This document shows positions 18,607 through 29,041 of a stretch of 64,000 nt of DNA, piece by piece. The position numbers were made by a program, and so were the translations under genes. The first letter of the stretch is position 1. The number at the start of each line of letters is the position of its first letter. The notes beneath the pieces are model-generated. The model did no database searches. It was not told where the DNA came from and saw only the letters and a program-made list of their open reading frames with translations. Source of the DNA: Acidobacteriota bacterium (GTDB lineage Bacteria > Acidobacteriota > UBA6911 > RPQK01 > JAJDTT01). The DNA lies in the NCBI GenBank assembly GCA_965217775.1, contig CBDCJH010000002.1, positions 3,936,001 to 4,000,000 on the forward strand, written 5' to 3'.

Positions 18607-20028
18607 TCAGAAGTTGTAGCCCATGGCGATGTTGAACTGGTCGAGACCGGTCTTGGCGCGGTTCAGGTTCCACTGATAGTCGGCTTTGAGGACGATATTG
18701 GAAATCGGCTTCAGCTCCAGGCCCAAGGTGTGGAACGACCGGTCCCGTGCAGGATTGCGAAGGTATCCGGCTGGCACCTGGGCCTGGGTGTCGAGAGTCT
18801 CGGCCCGGTAGTAGGGCATCAGCCTCACGTCTTCCCGGACCCGGGAAAGCAGGTTGTAACCGAATTGCAGATAACCTCCCTGTTGAGTCCCGCCCACCGA
18901 ATTCTTCCCGGTGTATCCGAGGGCCTGGTTCAGCTCCGCCACGTCGTCCAGGGAAGCACGGGCATAGAGCCCTCTCAAGTCGAAGCCCTCCATCCGGATC
19001 TGGGCGTGGAGCTCCCCGATCCGGGTCCCCACGTCCAATTCCTGTCCGTCGAACGTCAGCCCCTGACCCGAGCCCCCGTTGTAGATGGAGCCCCCGAAGA
19101 AGACTCCCGGAGTGGGATTCAGATCGACCCGCGCCACGACGGCCAGGTGGGAGGCCTTCGCCTTGTACCCCTTTTGCCGGCCGCCCCGCAGGCCGTTGGA
19201 GCTGAACTTCGAACCCAGCAGGCCATTCACCACGTAGACGCGGTAGTCGACCATCCCCGCGGATCCCACGAATCCGAATCCGTTCTCCCGCCAGGTGCTG
19301 GGCAGGATCCGGCGTTCGGTCTCCGGCCGATTGGCACCGATGAAGACCGTGGGTTCATGAAGCTCATTGACCAGACCCATGGGCACCAGGAGCAATCCCC
19401 CGCGAAGGGTCAAGTGGTCGTTCACCAGGCAGTCCAGATAGGCGAACTCGACGGAGGTGGAGCCGCCGAGACTGGTGGATCCATGCTCGATCTCGATCTC
19501 AGAGTTGAAGACGAAGCGGTCGTTGAATCGATAGCCGGCGTAGAGGATGGCCCGCAGAAAATCGAGTTGAGAGGTCATTGAGATGGGGTCTCCGGACTCG
19601 TCACGCCCACTGAAGTTGTTGTAGAGCATCTCGCCATAGCCTGCGATGGAAACACCCTGACGCTTCCTGTAAATGCTGGCCGCCGCCGGGCCGAGTCCTT
19701 TGCTTCGCGCCTGTTCGTCGGTGACTTCGATGTCCGGTTCGCCGCTCCGCAGCCGTTCCACTTCGATGGCGAGAATGTCGACCTGACGGCGGACTTCCGC
19801 CAGCTCCTCGTCCCGAGATGCCTGTTTCTCAGATTTCGGGACCGCCTCCGGCTGTGGAGTCCTCTCCTTCTCGAGCTTTTCCAACCTCCGCTTCAACTCT
19901 TCGATCTGGGCTTTCAGATCTTGCTTGTCGGTGCCCATTACCGGCGGCAAGAGGGCGGACAGCAACAGGCCGGCCATGAAATACTTCCACCATCGTTTGT
20001 ACGTTCTTGATCTTGCCTTCCGCTGCAT
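18607..20028 (-). CDS. Outer-membrane porin-like protein with N-terminal coiled coil
   Basis: Signal peptide, coiled coil, SIAGYGEMLY, FNSEIEIEH, EFAYLD and NELHEPT motifs, C-terminal Phe (GYNF). Confidence 0.7.
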   Translation of the reverse strand: MQRKARSRTYKRWWKYFMAGLLLSALLPPVMGTDKQDLKAQIEELKRRLEKLEKERTPQPEAVPKSEKQASRDEELAEVRRQVDILAIEVERLRSGEPDIEVTDEQARSKGLGPAAASIYRKRQGVSIAGYGEMLYNNFSGRDESGDPISMTSQLDFLRAILYAGYRFNDRFVFNSEIEIEHGSTSLGGSTSVEFAYLDCLVNDHLTLRGGLLLVPMGLVNELHEPTVFIGANRPETERRILPSTWRENGFGFVGSAGMVDYRVYVVNGLLGSKFSSNGLRGGRQKGYKAKASHLAVVARVDLNPTPGVFFGGSIYNGGSGQGLTFDGQELDVGTRIGELHAQIRMEGFDLRGLYARASLDDVAELNQALGYTGKNSVGGTQQGGYLQFGYNLLSRVREDVRLMPYYRAETLDTQAQVPAGYLRNPARDRSFHTLGLELKPISNIVLKADYQWNLNRAKTGLDQFNIAMGYNF

Positions 20029-20239
20029 GCGAATCTCCCTGTGTTCCGTAGGCGGAGCTCAATCCCGTTCAGCTGTCACTGTTGATGGAGGATAGCTATA
20101 GTGAGGATCGGTCTTTACTCGAAGGCCGAAATACCGGATAGGGGTACACCGATGCCACCGGTGTACCCCGCCCCCTCAGTTCATTCCCCCGGATTTTTCA
20201 ACATTGAATGCCTCATGGCCGCGTGCCGCGAGCATCTTA

Positions 20240-20256
20240 TTGAAAATGGATTTCAA
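20240..20256. promoter_or_regulatory. Fur-box-like palindrome
   Basis: TTGAAAATGGATTTCAA resembles the 7-1-7 TGATAAT-N-ATTATCA box; lies between the divergent porin and propeller genes. Confidence 0.5.
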
Positions 20257-20297
20257 CATCAACCTATGTCGTCATTTTTTCTTGGAAAGGTCGAACC

Positions 20298-21941
20298 ATG
20301 AACAAGCTGCTTGTGATCGCACTGCTGTTGAACGCCGCCGGGGAACTCGAGGCTGGGGAGAAGGTCAAGACCTCTCCCTTCACGGAACCCCAGAAACGCT
20401 CCAAGCGGATCCGCGTCAACAACGGGGCTTGGAATCCCATCGTCGACGTCACCGACGTGTTCCCGGGAAACCGGGCCTTGGATCGCCAGGGTGTCTTCAA
20501 GCTTTTCGATGCCGCCATCGGAGTCAAGCTTCGTCTCGAGCAGGCGGAGAGATCCGCGCCTCTGCTGGAGGCGACGGCGGAGTGGGAGCAGGGGAAATTC
20601 ATCGGCCCCCTGTTCATCTGGAGAGCCGACGGACTGCTCCACATGATCTATGAATGCTCCCGGGCCGAGTCCACGGCCTACGCCACCAGCACCGACGGCT
20701 ATCACTGGACGCGCCCGGAACTGAGCCAGGTCGAATTCGACGGGTCGTCGGCCAACAACCTGCTGCAAAACGGCATCCGGGGCGCCACGGGCGTCTTCAT
20801 CGACCCTCAGGCGCCCGCGGCGGAACGCTTCAAGGCCATGGGCGGCGACATGGCGTGGTACGACCCGGAGACCCTGCAGCCTCTGGAAGGCGAGGAGGCC
20901 ATGCGCCGCTGGAACCGCCTGGTCTATGAGAAGGACACGTACACGGGGCCTCGAGCCGAGATCTGGGGACGCACTCTGGGCTGGATCTCGGCGGACGGCC
21001 GGGACTGGAAGCCGCTGGAGAAGGCCCTGGGCATGCGCCCCGTCAATGGCGGCATCTCCGCCCACTATGACGAGGCCAACGGCGAATACATCGCCTACCA
21101 GCAGATCATGGGCAACACTGCCGAGCTGATGCCGGGGATCGGCACCGCCCGGATCGAGGAGGAAACGCAGCGGCGCGTCATCGGGTTCTCACGGACCAAG
21201 GACTTCCGGACCTGGCCGGCCCCCAAGCTGATCCTGGCTCCCGACGCCCTGGACGACCTGGACATCTCCTTTTACGGAGCCAACTACTTTCCCTATCCGG
21301 GGCGTACCGATCTTCACGTCATGGTCATCCCCGTCTATCACCAGCGGAACGATCACGTGGACACCCAGATCGCCTTCAGCCGCGACGGACTCTTCTGGAT
21401 CCGGCCCGAGCGCCGGCCCGTCCACACGGTGGGCCCCGCCGGCAGCGGGGACGATTGCCAGGTGCACACCTGGCGCAACGGCATGCTGGAGCTTCCCGAC
21501 GGGCTCTGGGCCGTGCCCTACACGGGAATGTCCAGCCTCCACAACGTCTACGGACAGGACCATCTCTTTCCCCAGGGCCGGCCTATTCAGATCCGCTACA
21601 TGTTGTGGAAACCGCACCGCTTCTGCGGGATCGAGGCGGAGAGCGAAGGCCGGTTCACGATTCCCACCATCTACCGGCACGGGGACGAACTGCGGCTGAA
21701 CTACCGCTCCGCTCCCGGAGGCTGGATCAGCGTGGAGTTGATGACCAAGAGCCCCTCCATGAATCAGGCCGATCTGCCGCCCATCGAGGGATTCACCTTC
21801 GCCGACTGCGACCGGCTGACCGGCGACGAGTCCGATCGAATCGTGACCTGGAAGGGCAGGAGCGATCTCTCCGGAATCGGAGAGACGGCGGCGATTCGCA
21901 TCAGGATGTTCCAGGCGAAGCTCTTCGCCTACAAGTTCTAA
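20298..21941 (+). CDS. Secreted GH32-like beta-propeller protein (divergent paralogue)
   Basis: Signal peptide; ATSTDGYHWTRP, VFIDP and FSRDGLFW motifs; C-terminal IRIRMFQAKLFAYKF. Confidence 0.6.
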   Translation: MNKLLVIALLLNAAGELEAGEKVKTSPFTEPQKRSKRIRVNNGAWNPIVDVTDVFPGNRALDRQGVFKLFDAAIGVKLRLEQAERSAPLLEATAEWEQGKFIGPLFIWRADGLLHMIYECSRAESTAYATSTDGYHWTRPELSQVEFDGSSANNLLQNGIRGATGVFIDPQAPAAERFKAMGGDMAWYDPETLQPLEGEEAMRRWNRLVYEKDTYTGPRAEIWGRTLGWISADGRDWKPLEKALGMRPVNGGISAHYDEANGEYIAYQQIMGNTAELMPGIGTARIEEETQRRVIGFSRTKDFRTWPAPKLILAPDALDDLDISFYGANYFPYPGRTDLHVMVIPVYHQRNDHVDTQIAFSRDGLFWIRPERRPVHTVGPAGSGDDCQVHTWRNGMLELPDGLWAVPYTGMSSLHNVYGQDHLFPQGRPIQIRYMLWKPHRFCGIEAESEGRFTIPTIYRHGDELRLNYRSAPGGWISVELMTKSPSMNQADLPPIEGFTFADCDRLTGDESDRIVTWKGRSDLSGIGETAAIRIRMFQAKLFAYKF

Positions 21942-22026
21942 TGCGATCCCGTTCGGCTGGACATGGGAAAAATACAGCGTCTATGATGCATAGGAAGTCG
22001 TTCCAACTTTTACGGAGTCAAAGATC

Positions 22027-23337
22027 ATGAAAACCCTGCTCTCCCTGGTCCTGCTCTTTTCGGCCGCGGCTCCCCTTCACGCGGGCAATTGGCCCCAATT
22101 CCGGGGCCCCAGTTTCAACGGGTCGACCCCCGAAAAGGGTTTGCCGACCCAATGGTCGCCAACCGAGAACATCGCGTGGAGCGCGACCTTGCCCGGACCC
22201 AGTGCGGCCACGCCCGCCGTCTGGGAGGATCACGTCTTCGTCTCCAGCACCGACCCGGAATCCAACTCGCTGAAGGCACTCTGCTTTGACCGGATCAGTG
22301 GCAAGCTCCTCTGGCAGAGGGACGTCGCCACCGGGATCAACAGGGACAGCCGGAGCGACTTCGCCTCGCCCTCTCCCGCCACCGACGGCAAGCTGGTCGT
22401 CTTCTTCTATGGCAATGGGGAGATGGCGGCGTTCGACTTTTCGGGGCATCAGCTCTGGCGGCGCCAGATTCAGAAAGACTACGGCGAATTCGCCTTCTTC
22501 TGGACCTTCTCGTCCAGTCCGCTCCTCTTCGACGGCAAGCTCTACCTCCAGGTGTTGCAGCGGGACGTTCCCATCGAGGGACGCGGTCTGAAGGACCGCA
22601 AGAACCGGTCGTACATCCTGGCCATGAAGCCCGAAACCGGTGAGACCCTGTGGCGCAGCTTCCGCCCCAGCCAGGCGGTGGCCGAGTCTCGCGAGGCCTT
22701 CACCTCACCCGTCCCCTTTGTCCACAACGGGCGCCGCGAGTTGTTGGTGGTTGGCGGCGACGACCTGAGCGGCCATGACCTGGAGACCGGCAAGGAACTC
22801 TGGCGCTGGGGGACCTGGAATCCCACGCGCATCCGGCACTGGCGCCTGGTCCCCTCTCCCGTGGCCAACCAGGACGTGATCCTGGCCTGCGCTCCCAAGC
22901 GGGATCCCATCTACGCCATCAAGACGGGCGGAGTCGGAAAGCTGGACGACAGCGCCATCGCCTGGGTCAGCAAGGACGTCCGGCCGGTGACCTCCGACGT
23001 ACCCACCCCCGCGTACTACGACGGAGATTTCTTTGTCCTGAGCGACGTTCGCAAGTCCCTTTCTCGAGTCGAGCCCAAGACGGGCAAGGTGAAATGGACG
23101 ATACAGACGCCCGGCCGCAGCAAGTACGAAGCCTCGCCATTGGCCGGTGACGGCAAGATTTACCTGGTCAATTTCGACGGCGACGTCGTGGTGGTGGACG
23201 CGGCGGGTGGTGAGGTCCTCAACCAGATCGCCATGGGCGACGCCGAGGACGCCCCAGTCCGCTCGACCGTGGTGGCAGCCCAGGGTCACCTTTTCGTCCG
23301 GACCAACCGGACCCTGTTCTGCGTGGGCCAGAACTGA
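22027..23337 (+). CDS. PQQ-binding-like (BamB-like) beta-propeller repeat protein
   Basis: NWPQFRGP, ASPSPATDG, repeated G-x-x-x-W motifs. Confidence 0.85.
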   Translation: MKTLLSLVLLFSAAAPLHAGNWPQFRGPSFNGSTPEKGLPTQWSPTENIAWSATLPGPSAATPAVWEDHVFVSSTDPESNSLKALCFDRISGKLLWQRDVATGINRDSRSDFASPSPATDGKLVVFFYGNGEMAAFDFSGHQLWRRQIQKDYGEFAFFWTFSSSPLLFDGKLYLQVLQRDVPIEGRGLKDRKNRSYILAMKPETGETLWRSFRPSQAVAESREAFTSPVPFVHNGRRELLVVGGDDLSGHDLETGKELWRWGTWNPTRIRHWRLVPSPVANQDVILACAPKRDPIYAIKTGGVGKLDDSAIAWVSKDVRPVTSDVPTPAYYDGDFFVLSDVRKSLSRVEPKTGKVKWTIQTPGRSKYEASPLAGDGKIYLVNFDGDVVVVDAAGGEVLNQIAMGDAEDAPVRSTVVAAQGHLFVRTNRTLFCVGQN

Positions 23338-23349
23338 CCCGGTAGCACG

Positions 23350-24447
23350 CTACGCCAGTTTGCCCCGGCCTACCAGGGGCCAGACCGTCTCCACGCGGCC
23401 GTCCCGGATCCCGTAAAGAACATCGTGTAGAAAGACCGTCGAGTCCGAGTATCCGGGAATGATCTCGATCTTGTCCCCAACTCGGGGCGATTCGCTGGGC
23501 TCGGCCAACCGGATGATTCCGTGCTCGGCCGACATCACGAACTCCTTGACCGCGATCTCCCCCAGGACTTCGGCGGGGGCGTCGTGCCGGTTCATGGTCT
23601 TGAATCCGGCGTCGCAGATGATGCGGGCGGGGTGGGGGCGGCTGGTCACGGTGGACAGGATCGTCAGTGCGAATTCGTGCTCCACGCCGAAGTGGCGCCG
23701 GTAGGCGATGTCGCAGTAGATGCCGCCTCCCGCCTCGATCTCCGTGATGCCGGGAACGAAAGCGCTGATCCGATAAGTCCCGGTGCCGCCGCAACTGATG
23801 ATCTCGACCGGAATCCCAGCCTCGCGGATGGCCTGGGCGGTGTCCGTCAGCTTCCCCAGCGCCTCCTCGACCATCCGTTTCTTCTTTCCCAGGTCCGGTT
23901 CGAACAGTGCATGGGCCTCCCAGGTCTGCAACCCAGCGAAGCGGACGTGCCGCAACCGGGCGATCCGGCGGGCCAGGGACACGGTGGGTTCTCCCGGCAA
24001 GACTCCGGCGCGCTGCATCCCCACGTCCACCTCGATCAGGACCCGGGGACGGACGCCCTTGGCCCCGGCGGCGCGGTCGATGGCCTGGGCGTTTTCGAAC
24101 TGGTCCACACAGACCATCACGTCGGCCTGGCGGCAGACGTTGACCAGACGATCGATCTTAGTCGCACCCACGATCTGGTTGGCCACCAGGATGTCGCGGA
24201 TCCCGGCGGCGGCCATGACCTCGGCCTCCCCCAGCTTGGCGCAGGTGATTCCGTGGGCCCCCGCTTCGAGACACAGATTCGCCAGAGCCGGCGTCTTCAT
24301 CGCCTTGGTGTGGGGGCGCCATCCCACCTTGGCATCGCGAATGATGGTGGTCGCCATGCGGTCGATGTTGCGCTGAAGGACGTCCAGATCCACCATCAGG
24401 GCGGGCGTGTCGAGCGCCTCTTTGGGTTGTCCCACCAAACTGCTCAT
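23350..24447 (-). CDS. DSD1/D-threonine aldolase-like PLP-dependent enzyme (alanine racemase fold)
   Basis: LDTPALMVD, RPHTK (PLP Lys), GGTGT, DAGFK and SAEHG motifs. Confidence 0.88.
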   Translation of the reverse strand: MSSLVGQPKEALDTPALMVDLDVLQRNIDRMATTIIRDAKVGWRPHTKAMKTPALANLCLEAGAHGITCAKLGEAEVMAAAGIRDILVANQIVGATKIDRLVNVCRQADVMVCVDQFENAQAIDRAAGAKGVRPRVLIEVDVGMQRAGVLPGEPTVSLARRIARLRHVRFAGLQTWEAHALFEPDLGKKKRMVEEALGKLTDTAQAIREAGIPVEIISCGGTGTYRISAFVPGITEIEAGGGIYCDIAYRRHFGVEHEFALTILSTVTSRPHPARIICDAGFKTMNRHDAPAEVLGEIAVKEFVMSAEHGIIRLAEPSESPRVGDKIEIIPGYSDSTVFLHDVLYGIRDGRVETVWPLVGRGKLA

Positions 24448-25012
24448 TTATCTTTCCTCCTGCCGGAGTCCCGCCGGGCGATCCACGGCGGCCACGCCCA
24501 TTTCATCGATCCCTCCCAGTTTACTACGGCGCCGTCTTTCGACCGTCAAATTACGCTGCAGGTCGCGCGGCGGCGGCGGAACTCGGGACCCGAATACCAT
24601 TTTCGCCTGTCTTCCAACGGAAATCGCTCGTCGAGTTGAAGCCGAAAAATGGTTACTTACAGCGTTCGATCGCGCACCCCGCGCGCAGACCCATCGCGGT
24701 GACCACTCGTGGCAACCGGTTCCTGCGCACTATAGCCTCCGTGCGATTTGCACCAGGATTTTCAAGGTGACAGGCAGCGTTGAAGTGCGCCATGCGATTG
24801 CCGGGGAACTCCTTGCTAGTCAACTCGGCCACCGCCATTATCCGTATTCGGTTGGGTCCACCGTATTTAAGTCCGGTAGCGAATGCGGTGAGTCCGGTCG
24901 TCTTCGGTGCTAGCCTCCGACGTGCGACTCGTCCGGCAGCACCGTCCCGCCCCTGCGAGTGAGACCGAACCGGGAATCTACAGCTGTGGACTCAAAGGCC
25001 GAGTTTGCCGTC

Positions 25013-28000
25013 TTAGGCTGATCGACCACTGAGCACATCCTCGATCAACTGACTGATGGCGGATGAGTCGATGCCACCACGCCGATCATCCTGGGTGACG
25101 ATCAACGTACCATTGGCACCGCCACCTTCTTCGTGCGGCAAGATGCAGTTGTCGCGGTACCACTGTTCCTTCTCTTGCCAGCGTCGCTTGTAGTAGTCGT
25201 CCCGCAGCATGCCCAGATGCTCCCAAATATATTTCTCGCCGGTGTCGTCGTCCTCGATTGTAAAATCAGGAAACTTGTCGTAGAGAACGTCGTCGATTTC
25301 CAGCTGCTGTTCATACTCGTAGTCGATGTTCCTAACATGCAACAAGTTCGCGATGATGACCTCAGATTTGGATCGGACGAGCTCGCCGCGGGTTGTGTTG
25401 TGTATGAGTTGCTCTTCCAAAAACCTCCCCCTGAATTCGATCGGATTTGGTGGGCGGAATAGGTTGGTCAATCGACATACAACGGCCGAGTAGCGATCGG
25501 AACTGAACCGGTGCAGATCGGTGGCTGAACCCTGAAGCAGTACGACAACCTTATCCTTCTGTCGCGTGAGCGCTGTGTAGAGCAATTCGCGAGTGACCAT
25601 GAGCGGCGAACGGGGCAGGACCAGCAATACCTTGGCGAACTCGCTGCCTTGTGCCTTGTGGACGGTCAACGCGTAAGCCAGTTCAAGACCGGCTTCGCCC
25701 TCCTCCTTAAAGTCGCTATTGTAGAAGGTGAAGGACGTTCCACGCTGGGTGGAGAACTCGATCTCGAGGTTCTGGGGCCACCAGTTCCGGCTCCTCGTCC
25801 TCCGATGGCCGACGACGATCCCGATCTCACCGTTCGCCAGATAACCGCGCCCATCCGGCCTTGGATACATCCGCTGCTTGGGTACTGACCAGTTGCGATT
25901 GTTGATCACTTTGTCGCCATAAATGATCTGCTGGTCACCCTTGGGTTTCGGAATGTAACGCATTTTGCCCGGATTATGGGCAAGGTCGATTTGGCGACCC
26001 TTGTAGCGAGTGTGGATGAACCGGTTGAGCGTATCGACACCCCACGGCTTCTGGCGGACAGGGCTCAGAATCTGCCATGCTTCGGCCGCGATGCCAGCGC
26101 CTTCCCTGTCGCCGCGCTTGGGGTGGAACCAAATGGATCTGTTCCACTCGCTGCCGCCAAGTCTGATGCCGAGGGCCTGCCATTCCTCTATGTCCGGATC
26201 GAAATCCAGCGTCCGGCGCAAAACCTCGGGCAGCACCGTCTGCAGCTCGTCGGGCGTCTCCCACGAGACAAACTCGACGGTTCGGCTCGTACGCATGCCG
26301 GAAAGAATCTCAAAGACTTGGTCGTCGCCGGCGCTCGTCTCGCCGCGTCCGAACCATGAAGCGAGCAGAAGGTCGTCACCTTGGCCTGCTCCCGGACGGC
26401 GAGGAATCATCAGTTCGGCGAAACCGGAAGCGACGTGGGGTTGATCGATCGCGAAGTCTTCAGGTTTCAGATGGGCGACAATGTCCACGAATGGCCGTCC
26501 TGCGCCGATCGGCGGCAGCTGTCGGTAGTCGCCGACGAAGATCAACCGGACGACCCCGCTCAAGGATTCGATCAGAGCTGCCATCATCTCCTCGGTGAGC
26601 ATCGAGCACTCATCGACGATCACCGTCTTGGCGACCCTCTCCCCGCGTGCACCGGTCAGGAGGTACCGTTGGGTCCGGCCATCATAGCGATCCGTCAAGA
26701 TCAGGTGCTGCGCGACCGTATACGCGCGGCAGTTCTCGATACCGGCCTTCCGAGCCACGTCTTCCATCCGAACCCGAGCCTTGCCGGTCGGTGCAAGTAG
26801 AAGTACCCCACCTCTGTTGATCTCCGGTTGGGCGCATAGGATGGACAGCAAGGTGGTCTTGCCCGTTCCCGCCCGTCCGGCCAAGACACTAAAACGAGAC
26901 GACGCAAGTTCCTCAATGGCTGCGGTTTTCTCCGTGCGCGCCTTCTCCTCTCGGTCCCGTTCTTCTGTTTCATCCGGCATTTCCTTAAGGAACGCATCGA
27001 TTACCGCCCGCCAGTTCACGTCCATGCAGTGGCGCCTTGCGGCAACCCGTTTTTCGACGGTGGAGCGTATTAGGTCTCCAGCTTCGCCAAGACGGACAAG
27101 CTGATATGCCAGTTGGTTATTGGCCATCTTGACGATGCGAATCTCGCCCTGGAATACCTCATCTTCGGCGACACCAAGCAGGTCGGTCGTGATCTGGGCC
27201 GTCTGCTCCTCCCCATCTTCCTCCCCTCGACGCAGGGCGCGAACGATGTCATCTCGGGAGCGAAGCGTGTCACCGTTTCGCGCAGCAGCTTCAAGGCTGC
27301 GAATGGTCAGGGCGCGAAGCCGTCGGACATCGACAGCCGTCTTGACGAGCGACGGCTCCGGGATGGGGAATTCTTTCCGGAGCTTCGCGTTCGGAAACAT
27401 GCCGCGATCGACAACTCCGATCGAGACGGGCCGATCGGATAGGCGTGTAGCCTCGTACACGAGGTATGGGTTCTTCGTGATCTCAGCGTCCGAAGGGTCA
27501 ATTCCGTGATCTCTACGCTCGACTGGTGAGACCAACAGATCGGCCTGGTCCTGCGTTATATCCATGCGACTGAGCAGCGCGAGAAAAGCCCGACGACCAT
27601 TGTCCATTCGCTGCCAGGCCTTGGCTATCGAGTCGTCGATGTGTCGAGCCAGCTCGGGCGGCAGAAATTCATCAGGATTGTCGAGGGTCCTGAACCAAGC
27701 TGGCCAAGGGTCCGTTTCGTCGCCGATCCTATCGAGAAGTGACTGAGCGATGAAGTTGCCCATCCTGACACTCATCGCGGAGAGCACCACACCGAGTCCC
27801 GGAAACGGACCGCGTTTAATCCAAAGGCGACTCAACTCCCTGTCTATCCATCTTTCGAAGCGATCAGGCACGTACCCGAACAACTCGGAGCAGCGATGCA
27901 GCGCACTACGCATCGCCATCAGGGAACTTATCGCGGCGTCGTTTCCGACGTGCTCGGTGACGTAAGAGAACTCGACAAACCGATCTTGTGGCGCAAACGC

Positions 28001-28831
28001 TACAGCGTTCGCAGGATCGAAGGCGCGACCGTCATCACTTTTTGCCAGCGCCTCATGGTACGGAAGCAGGAAACCATCCTCGAATTCCGGCCGGATCGAG
28101 TGGACGACCATGCGCTCCCACAGAAGGCTCCGAAGCTTCTCGCCCGGCGACCGGTTGTACCGGTACTCCGTAAGGTCGCCAATCTTCTTCACGCGCCCGA
28201 CGCCGATGAGCACCCGCCGGCCCGTATCATCGACGAGTGGAACTTGCTTTGCGTAGAAAAATACAAGGGACTTTTCGGGTCGAACATGATTCCAGAAGCA
28301 GTCGAGCAAGGCGCGGTGGTTGCGATGATCCTGCAGAAAATTCGACTTGAAGGGTAACCGCGGCTCCAGCTCTGCGTTCACTTCGTCCAACGGGAACTTG
28401 TCCATGAGGCCAGCAACGCTGTTTTTCGGATCTCCGAAAACTTCGTTTCGCATCATCCACCGAAACGGGATTGCTGCCGCTCCATACGGCGGATGACGCA
28501 ATGGAGTCGGGCGAAAATGGCCGTGTGTCTGAGGACTGGTCTTGACGTAGGGATGCTGTTTCCGGTGGACGAAGTCGAAGTCAGCCATGAAGCTGGCCCG
28601 CTCGTTGACGCACGGCGGCAGCGGAATGTCCCGAGCTATCAGGTCTTCGAATGACCGGCCCTTTACGGTTTCCTCGACGCGGTCGTCCTTGGAATCCGAG
28701 ATGTTCTTCAACTTGAGACACGCTGTGTTGAACTTCGGTTCCTTGCATACGGAGCCGTTCCAGCCGTTGTCGTGCCACGGGACCCGGATGGACACATGGT
28801 GTAACGGATATGAAAAATTAATCATGTTCAA
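25013..28831 (-). CDS. RecD-like SF1B helicase with C-terminal PD-(D/E)XK-type nuclease domain
   Basis: GRAGTGKT, IVDECSM, GDYRQLPPIGAG, AYALTVHKAQGSEF and LYTALTR motifs; C-terminal VRSKSE..YEYE..PDFTI..WEHLG. Confidence 0.88.
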   Translation of the reverse strand: MNMINFSYPLHHVSIRVPWHDNGWNGSVCKEPKFNTACLKLKNISDSKDDRVEETVKGRSFEDLIARDIPLPPCVNERASFMADFDFVHRKQHPYVKTSPQTHGHFRPTPLRHPPYGAAAIPFRWMMRNEVFGDPKNSVAGLMDKFPLDEVNAELEPRLPFKSNFLQDHRNHRALLDCFWNHVRPEKSLVFFYAKQVPLVDDTGRRVLIGVGRVKKIGDLTEYRYNRSPGEKLRSLLWERMVVHSIRPEFEDGFLLPYHEALAKSDDGRAFDPANAVAFAPQDRFVEFSYVTEHVGNDAAISSLMAMRSALHRCSELFGYVPDRFERWIDRELSRLWIKRGPFPGLGVVLSAMSVRMGNFIAQSLLDRIGDETDPWPAWFRTLDNPDEFLPPELARHIDDSIAKAWQRMDNGRRAFLALLSRMDITQDQADLLVSPVERRDHGIDPSDAEITKNPYLVYEATRLSDRPVSIGVVDRGMFPNAKLRKEFPIPEPSLVKTAVDVRRLRALTIRSLEAAARNGDTLRSRDDIVRALRRGEEDGEEQTAQITTDLLGVAEDEVFQGEIRIVKMANNQLAYQLVRLGEAGDLIRSTVEKRVAARRHCMDVNWRAVIDAFLKEMPDETEERDREEKARTEKTAAIEELASSRFSVLAGRAGTGKTTLLSILCAQPEINRGGVLLLAPTGKARVRMEDVARKAGIENCRAYTVAQHLILTDRYDGRTQRYLLTGARGERVAKTVIVDECSMLTEEMMAALIESLSGVVRLIFVGDYRQLPPIGAGRPFVDIVAHLKPEDFAIDQPHVASGFAELMIPRRPGAGQGDDLLLASWFGRGETSAGDDQVFEILSGMRTSRTVEFVSWETPDELQTVLPEVLRRTLDFDPDIEEWQALGIRLGGSEWNRSIWFHPKRGDREGAGIAAEAWQILSPVRQKPWGVDTLNRFIHTRYKGRQIDLAHNPGKMRYIPKPKGDQQIIYGDKVINNRNWSVPKQRMYPRPDGRGYLANGEIGIVVGHRRTRSRNWWPQNLEIEFSTQRGTSFTFYNSDFKEEGEAGLELAYALTVHKAQGSEFAKVLLVLPRSPLMVTRELLYTALTRQKDKVVVLLQGSATDLHRFSSDRYSAVVCRLTNLFRPPNPIEFRGRFLEEQLIHNTTRGELVRSKSEVIIANLLHVRNIDYEYEQQLEIDDVLYDKFPDFTIEDDDTGEKYIWEHLGMLRDDYYKRRWQEKEQWYRDNCILPHEEGGGANGTLIVTQDDRRGGIDSSAISQLIEDVLSGRSA

Positions 28832-29041
28832 GTTGTCTGACTCCGAATTGTTACTGAAGGCATTGCGGCCGACTACTCAAGGCCAGCGTCATGGCATAAA
28901 CGAGTGACGGGGCGTATTCGCCGGCGTCCGCCCAAGCCGCTCATCTATCGCATCGCATCCTCCGGCGAGATGCACGACGGATGTCTGGTCACTCAGCATC
29001 GGCTACACCTTGTATACCAATTGTCGCTCCGCCCGGAGGGA

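Noticed and set aside
24600-24960. Short ORFs at the left border of the defence island
   Set aside because: No recognisable motifs or RBS; possibly remnant DNA, but no call can be supported.
29030-29041. 12-bp match (TCCCTCCGGGCG, minus strand) to the tRNA-Arg 3' end as a possible att site
   Set aside because: Short, GC-rich, inverted relative to the tRNA, internal to the island, and no integrase is present; compatible with chance.
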